A DNA stretch of 62,467 nucleotides, the filler included. It is 6 parts of 6 records of this genome, joined end to end, with 100 filler letters (N's around TTAATTAATTAA, not from the genome) between each part and the next. Parts side by side here need not be neighbours in the genome. Positions count along the whole stretch, not along the records: positions 54,365 to 62,467 come from SRR31156797_599; 5 more parts are not named here. One strand, given 5' to 3'. Under the pieces are notes generated by a model. The model saw nothing but the letters and a program-made list of their open reading frames with translations, made no database searches and was not told the origin of the DNA. The position numbers and the translations under genes are program-made. Shown here piece after piece: positions 58,165 to 62,467 of the stretch (its first letter is position 1; each line of letters starts with the position of its first letter).

Positions 58165-58824
58165 ATGATAAACAAACAGCTTCATAGAAAAATAGCTGAA
58201 GGAGAACACCAACAACAGGACTTTAAATTTGCCATTAATGATTCGAAGAAAATTGCCCGGTCATTAGCTGCTTTTGCCAACACGGATGGAGGAAGCCTAC
58301 TACTAGGAGTAAAAGATAATGGCAAAATTGCAGGTGTTTCTTCTGAAGAAGAGTTTTACATGATTGAAGCTGCAGCAAAATTACATTGCAAACCACCAGT
58401 TGATTTTGAGACTTATGAATGGAAATCGGAAGGTAAAACGGTATTAGAAATTAAAATTCCGAAAAGCACGGATAAACCACATAGAGCACCTAATAAAGAA
58501 GGCAAACCAATGGTTTATGTAAGAGTGGATGATCAGAATCTATTGGCTAATAAAGTGCTACTTGAATACTGGAAAGCACAAAAAAGAAACAGGAACTTTT
58601 TACTTACTTTTAATAAAGGCGAAAAATTCATATTAGATTATCTTTCTACACATGTGTCTATTACAATAAGCAAGTTTCAAAAACAAGCTCGTATTTCAAG
58701 ATATAAAGCAGAGAGAATATTAGTAGCTTTACTTAGTATGAATATTATAGAAATAAAGATTACAGAAAAACAAATCTATTATACACTATCCGAAAATCCA
58801 GATATAGAAAAGAATGAAGATTAA
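58165..58824 (+). CDS. Schlafen/AlbA_2-domain protein with C-terminal winged helix
   Basis: GEHQQQDFK, LAAFANTDGGSLLLGVKDNG..GV; C-terminal ILDYL....SITIS.F......SRYKAERIL. Confidence 0.85.
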   Translation: MINKQLHRKIAEGEHQQQDFKFAINDSKKIARSLAAFANTDGGSLLLGVKDNGKIAGVSSEEEFYMIEAAAKLHCKPPVDFETYEWKSEGKTVLEIKIPKSTDKPHRAPNKEGKPMVYVRVDDQNLLANKVLLEYWKAQKRNRNFLLTFNKGEKFILDYLSTHVSITISKFQKQARISRYKAERILVALLSMNIIEIKITEKQIYYTLSENPDIEKNED

Positions 58825-59993
58825 TTTAAGGGGTAGAGTATATATTTATTCCTTAAAAGTTTATACTCCAACAAATCATCTTCCCATAAAGCTTCTATTT
58901 CTTTTAACGAACTACCATCTTCAACTGCTTTCGTAATTCTTCTATCTCCAATTAAAAGGTTAAACCAATTTTCATTAAAAGAAAACCCTTCATTGTCTTT
59001 TAATATGTTATAGTATTGAAGAAAATATTTTAAAGTAAATCGATGAGTTAAACTTTCCTTTCTTAGATCTATTCCATAGCAAACTAATCCTTCTTGTTTA
59101 GGATGCTTCGACATTCCATTAATACTTTGTGGCTTAAATGTGAAACTTCCGAAAGTCGAATCTGGATAGCCTATTACCTGAAATGGGAAATAGGTTCCTC
59201 TTCCTATACTTATATTAGTTGCTTCAAAAAAACATAAGGAGGGATACAATCGAATAGAAACATCGTTGGGTAAATTTGGCGATGGTTTAACTGGCAAAGA
59301 ATAAGCTTGTGCATGATTCCAGTTTTTACATTTTATTACCTCTAATACACACTTTAATCCTTCACTAAGCCATCCTTCTTCATTAATCATGATTGCCAAT
59401 TCTCCAATTGTTAATCCATGAACTACAGGTATTGGATGCATTCCAACAAAAGATTGGTTTTCTTTTTTGAGAAGTGGTCCGGCACAATAATCTCCATTTG
59501 GATTAGGACGATCAAGCACGAATAATTTTATATTATTTTCTGCACACGCTTCCATTACGTAATGCATAGTACTGATATAAGTATAAAATCTTACGCCTAC
59601 ATCTTGTATGTCAAAAATAACTATATCAATATCTTTTAAATTATGCGCTGTCGGCTTTTTATTTCTTCCATATAAAGAAACGATCGGTAAACCGGTTTTA
59701 TCATCTAGCTCATTGCTTACTTTTTCTCCTGCGTCATTTTTACCTCTAAAACCATGTTCGGGTGCAAAAATTGACGTAATTTCCACTCCTCTATTTAATA
59801 AGGTATCAACCAAATGAGTCGAATTAACCAATGATGTTTGATTAACTACTAACGCAACCTTCTTATCTTTTAATAAAGGTAGGTATTCATCCATACATGC
59901 TGCTCCTACTTTTACATTTGCAGTACTCACATAAGGTAAACAAGAACAAGTCAGAACAATCAATATTAAATAAACAAGGGTACGAAACTTCAT
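58821..59993 (-). CDS. namZ: Exo-beta-N-acetylmuramidase NamZ family (DUF1343/YbbC)
   Basis: FAPEHGFRG, SLYG, FDIQDVGVRFYTY, LDRPNP, HGLTIGELA, PSPNLP, GRGT. Confidence 0.9.
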   Translation of the reverse strand: MKFRTLVYLILIVLTCSCLPYVSTANVKVGAACMDEYLPLLKDKKVALVVNQTSLVNSTHLVDTLLNRGVEITSIFAPEHGFRGKNDAGEKVSNELDDKTGLPIVSLYGRNKKPTAHNLKDIDIVIFDIQDVGVRFYTYISTMHYVMEACAENNIKLFVLDRPNPNGDYCAGPLLKKENQSFVGMHPIPVVHGLTIGELAIMINEEGWLSEGLKCVLEVIKCKNWNHAQAYSLPVKPSPNLPNDVSIRLYPSLCFFEATNISIGRGTYFPFQVIGYPDSTFGSFTFKPQSINGMSKHPKQEGLVCYGIDLRKESLTHRFTLKYFLQYYNILKDNEGFSFNENWFNLLIGDRRITKAVEDGSSLKEIEALWEDDLLEYKLLRNKYILYPLN

Positions 59994-60120
59994 GCTTTTA
60001 ATTTTTCATATAAACACCAAAAAACAAATAAGTTAAGTTTCTGGTAGCTGAATAACCAAACAAAATTCCAAACAATTAATAGAGTTTGGGATCGACAATT
60101 GTTGTCAATCCCTTGTACCT

Positions 60121-60444
60121 TTAGGCCTGAGGCGTAGATCCTCCAAAATTCATTGGCATATTACCACCTTGATGCCCTTCATCAATATTTTTAATTGGAC
60201 CATGCATAGCTTCGTATCTTTTTAAATTATCCTGTAAAGCCATCATTAGTCTTTTAGCATGCTCAGGAGTAACAACAATTCTAGACTTAACCTGAGCTTT
60301 AGGCATACCTGGCATTACTCTTATAAAATCTAATACAAATTCAGAAGGAGAATGTGTTATTACCGCTAAATTCGCATATACACCTTGACCTACTTCTTCA
60401 TTTAATTCTATATTCAACTGGTTTTTATTCTTTTTCTCTTCCAT
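60121..60444 (-). CDS. DUF3467 family protein
   Basis: GVYANLAVITHSPSEFVLDF...SRIVVTPEHAKRL; typical position after rpoC in Bacteroidota. Confidence 0.88.
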   Translation of the reverse strand: MEEKKNKNQLNIELNEEVGQGVYANLAVITHSPSEFVLDFIRVMPGMPKAQVKSRIVVTPEHAKRLMMALQDNLKRYEAMHGPIKNIDEGHQGGNMPMNFGGSTPQA

Positions 60445-60482
60445 AGTTTTTATATAAAAATATTTAGACCACGATTTTAAAT

Positions 60483-60515
60483 AAAAAAAGGGAAGTATAA
60501 AAATACTTCCCTTTT
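60483..60515 (-). terminator. Intrinsic terminator after rpoC
   Basis: AAAAGGGAAGTAT/ATACTTCCCTTTT inverted repeat with a T run on the minus strand. Confidence 0.85.
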
Positions 60516-60534
60516 AAAATATATCTGAGTAGAA

Positions 60535-62466
60535 TTACTCTTGCTCTTTTTCAACTGTAGTACCTTCAACCAATCTTTCGTACTCATCTTTAGATCCAAC
60601 CACTAGGTTTTTAATAGATCTTTGACCTGTACCAGCAGGAATTAAGTGACCACAAATTACATTCTCTTTCAATCCTTCTAGGTTATCGATCTTACCTGAG
60701 ATAGCTGCTTCGTTAAGTACTTTTGTCGTTTCCTGGAAGGAAGCTGCTGACATAAAGCTCTTAGTTTGAAGTGCTGCTCTAGTAATACCTTGAAGAATCT
60801 GACTAGAGGTAGCAGGAACAGCATCACGTGCTTCCACTAATTTTAAGTCTTTTCTCTTCAATTGAGAATTTTCATCTCTCAAACGACGAGCTGTAATTAT
60901 CTGACCTGGTCTTAAGTTCTCTGAATCACCTGGTTCAACCACAACTTTTTTGCTAAAGATGTGATCATTCTCATGCATAAACTCAAGCTTATCCACAAGC
61001 TGCTTTTCAAGGAATTTAGTATCACCTGGATCAACGATATCTACCTTACGCATCATCTGACGCACAATAATTTCAAAGTGTTTATCATTAATCTTCACAC
61101 CCTGTAAACGGTAAACATCCTGTACCTCATTCACAATATACTCCTGAACCGCGGTTGGTCCCATAATGTGAAGTATATCAGAAGGAGTTGTAGCTCCATC
61201 AGATAATGGAATTCCAGCACGAACATAGTCGTTCTCTTGTACCAAAATCTGCTTAGATAGAGGTACTAAATACTTTTTAACCTGTCCGTTTTTAGATGTT
61301 ACAATGATCTCACGATTACCACGCTTAATCTTACCAAAAGTAACCTCTCCATCAATCTCTGACACAACTGCCGGGTTAGATGGGTTACGAGCCTCAAATA
61401 GCTCAGTAACTCGAGGAAGACCCCCAGTGATATCACCTGCTTTACCAACTGCACGAGGAATTTTTGCAACAATCTCTCCAACTTTAACTTTATTACCTTC
61501 ATCAACAGCAATATGTGCTCCTACAGGTAAGTTAAAGTTTTTAAGAACAGAACCATCATCACCAATTACTTTTAATGATGGGTTCTTAGTTTTATCTCTG
61601 GTTTCAATAATAACCTTTTCTTTAAAACCAGTTTGCTCATCGGACTCTTCTTTGAAAGTAATACCTTCAATCATGTTATCAAAGCTAACCGAACCGGCCA
61701 TTTCTGAAACAATAACAGCATTATAAGGATCCCATTCACAAATTAAGTCACCAGCTTTAACTTCAGCACCATTTTTAACATATAGCTTAGAACCGTATCC
61801 AATTGGATGGTTAGCTACTGCTATACCAGTATTTTTATCAATGATACGTAGTTCAGCCAAACGTCCGATTACGATATCAATATCCTTATCAGTTTCATCT
61901 TTAGTTGGTACAGTACGTAGTTCTTCAATCTCAACAACTCCATCATACTTAGCTACAATGCTGTTTTCTGAAGAAATGTTACCTGCAGTACCCCCTACGT
62001 GGAACGTACGTAAAGTAAGCTGTGTTCCCGGTTCTCCAATTGACTGTGCTGCAATAACACCAACCGCTTCACCATTCTGAACAAATCCTCCTGTTGCCAG
62101 ATTACGTCCGTAACATTTAGCACAAACTCCTTGTTTCGATTCACAAGTTAATACAGAACGTATTTCAACTCTTTCTAATGGAGAATCATTAAGGATTTTA
62201 GCTTTAGGCTCATCAATTTCCTCTCCTGATTTTACAATTAATTCACCAGTTGAAGGATGATAAACATCGTGTACAGAAACCCGACCTAAAACACGCTCAT
62301 ATAATGTAGCAACAACATCCTCATTATTTTTTACATCTGAAGCTTGAAGTCCTCTTAAAGTACCACAATCTTCTTCTGTAATAATAACATCCTGAGAAAC
62401 ATCAACCAAACGACGTGTTAAGTATCCTGCATCGGCTGTTTTAAGAGCCGTATCCGCAAGACCTTT
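60535..62466 (-). CDS. rpoC: RNA polymerase beta' subunit, C-terminal part (5'-truncated by the window)
   Basis: Frame is open to the window end ([23 protein letters not shown]); [50 protein letters not shown]. Confidence 0.98.
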   Translation of the reverse strand, partial: KGLADTALKTADAGYLTRRLVDVSQDVIITEEDCGTLRGLQASDVKNNEDVVATLYERVLGRVSVHDVYHPSTGELIVKSGEEIDEPKAKILNDSPLERVEIRSVLTCESKQGVCAKCYGRNLATGGFVQNGEAVGVIAAQSIGEPGTQLTLRTFHVGGTAGNISSENSIVAKYDGVVEIEELRTVPTKDETDKDIDIVIGRLAELRIIDKNTGIAVANHPIGYGSKLYVKNGAEVKAGDLICEWDPYNAVIVSEMAGSVSFDNMIEGITFKEESDEQTGFKEKVIIETRDKTKNPSLKVIGDDGSVLKNFNLPVGAHIAVDEGNKVKVGEIVAKIPRAVGKAGDITGGLPRVTELFEARNPSNPAVVSEIDGEVTFGKIKRGNREIIVTSKNGQVKKYLVPLSKQILVQENDYVRAGIPLSDGATTPSDILHIMGPTAVQEYIVNEVQDVYRLQGVKINDKHFEIIVRQMMRKVDIVDPGDTKFLEKQLVDKLEFMHENDHIFSKKVVVEPGDSENLRPGQIITARRLRDENSQLKRKDLKLVEARDAVPATSSQILQGITRAALQTKSFMSAASFQETTKVLNEAAISGKIDNLEGLKENVICGHLIPAGTGQRSIKNLVVGSKDEYERLVEGTTVEKEQE

Positions 62467-62467
62467 A

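Noticed and set aside
58165..58824. Schlafen/AlbA_2 protein as a defence effector
   Set aside because: Short AlbA_2-wHTH form beside namZ, DUF3467 and rpoC in a housekeeping context, with no defence-island features.
60088..60112. Hairpin GGGATCGACAA-TTG-TTGTCAATCCC after DUF3467 as a terminator
   Set aside because: No U tract on the coding (minus) strand; at most a stabilising stem.

Overview
This window is not one locus. It is six unrelated contigs joined by five identical 100-nt artificial spacers (44 N + TTAATTAATTAA + 44 N), so gene neighbourhoods only count within a contig. Taxonomic labels below are inferred from gene content and composition. (1) 1-13054, GC-rich, Desulfobacterota-like: multi-PAS hybrid kinase, a response regulator with a Cys4 output domain, an ArsA/Get3-HSP20 ATPase with a small partner gene, a DUF1998 helicase fused to an exonuclease (MrfA-MrfB-like), an M48 protease and a Tpt1-like fragment. 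(2) 13155-21513, low-GC anaerobe (Bacillota/Fusobacteriota-like): hutP, pepD, nitroreductase, bcp, hybrid kinase, glpK, nnr. (3) 21614-30535, Campylobacterota: napA, Moco genes and an assimilatory nitrate/nitrite operon containing a stand-alone triple-GAF protein, plus two TTGAC-N4-GTCAA boxes. (4) 30636-47956, unplaced diderm bacterium: NFACT/RqcH-like gene coupled to a Ycf46-like AAA ATPase, ogt, rmuC, tldD/E, surE, two tRNAs, thrS-infC-rpmI-rplT-ihfA without pheST, and a leuC-like gene. (5) 48057-54264, AT-rich F-type conjugative region: a possible NusA-like lead gene, an apparently split TraV, TraC and a TraD lacking membrane anchors. (6) 54365-62467, Bacteroidota: a trimeric [FeFe]-hydrogenase with non-bifurcating signatures, an AlbA_2 protein, namZ, DUF3467 and the 3' part of rpoC. 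The best candidates for undescribed biology are the triple-GAF protein in the nitrate operon, the unusual conjugation module and the AAA-NFACT pair. All family calls come from motif recognition, not database searches.
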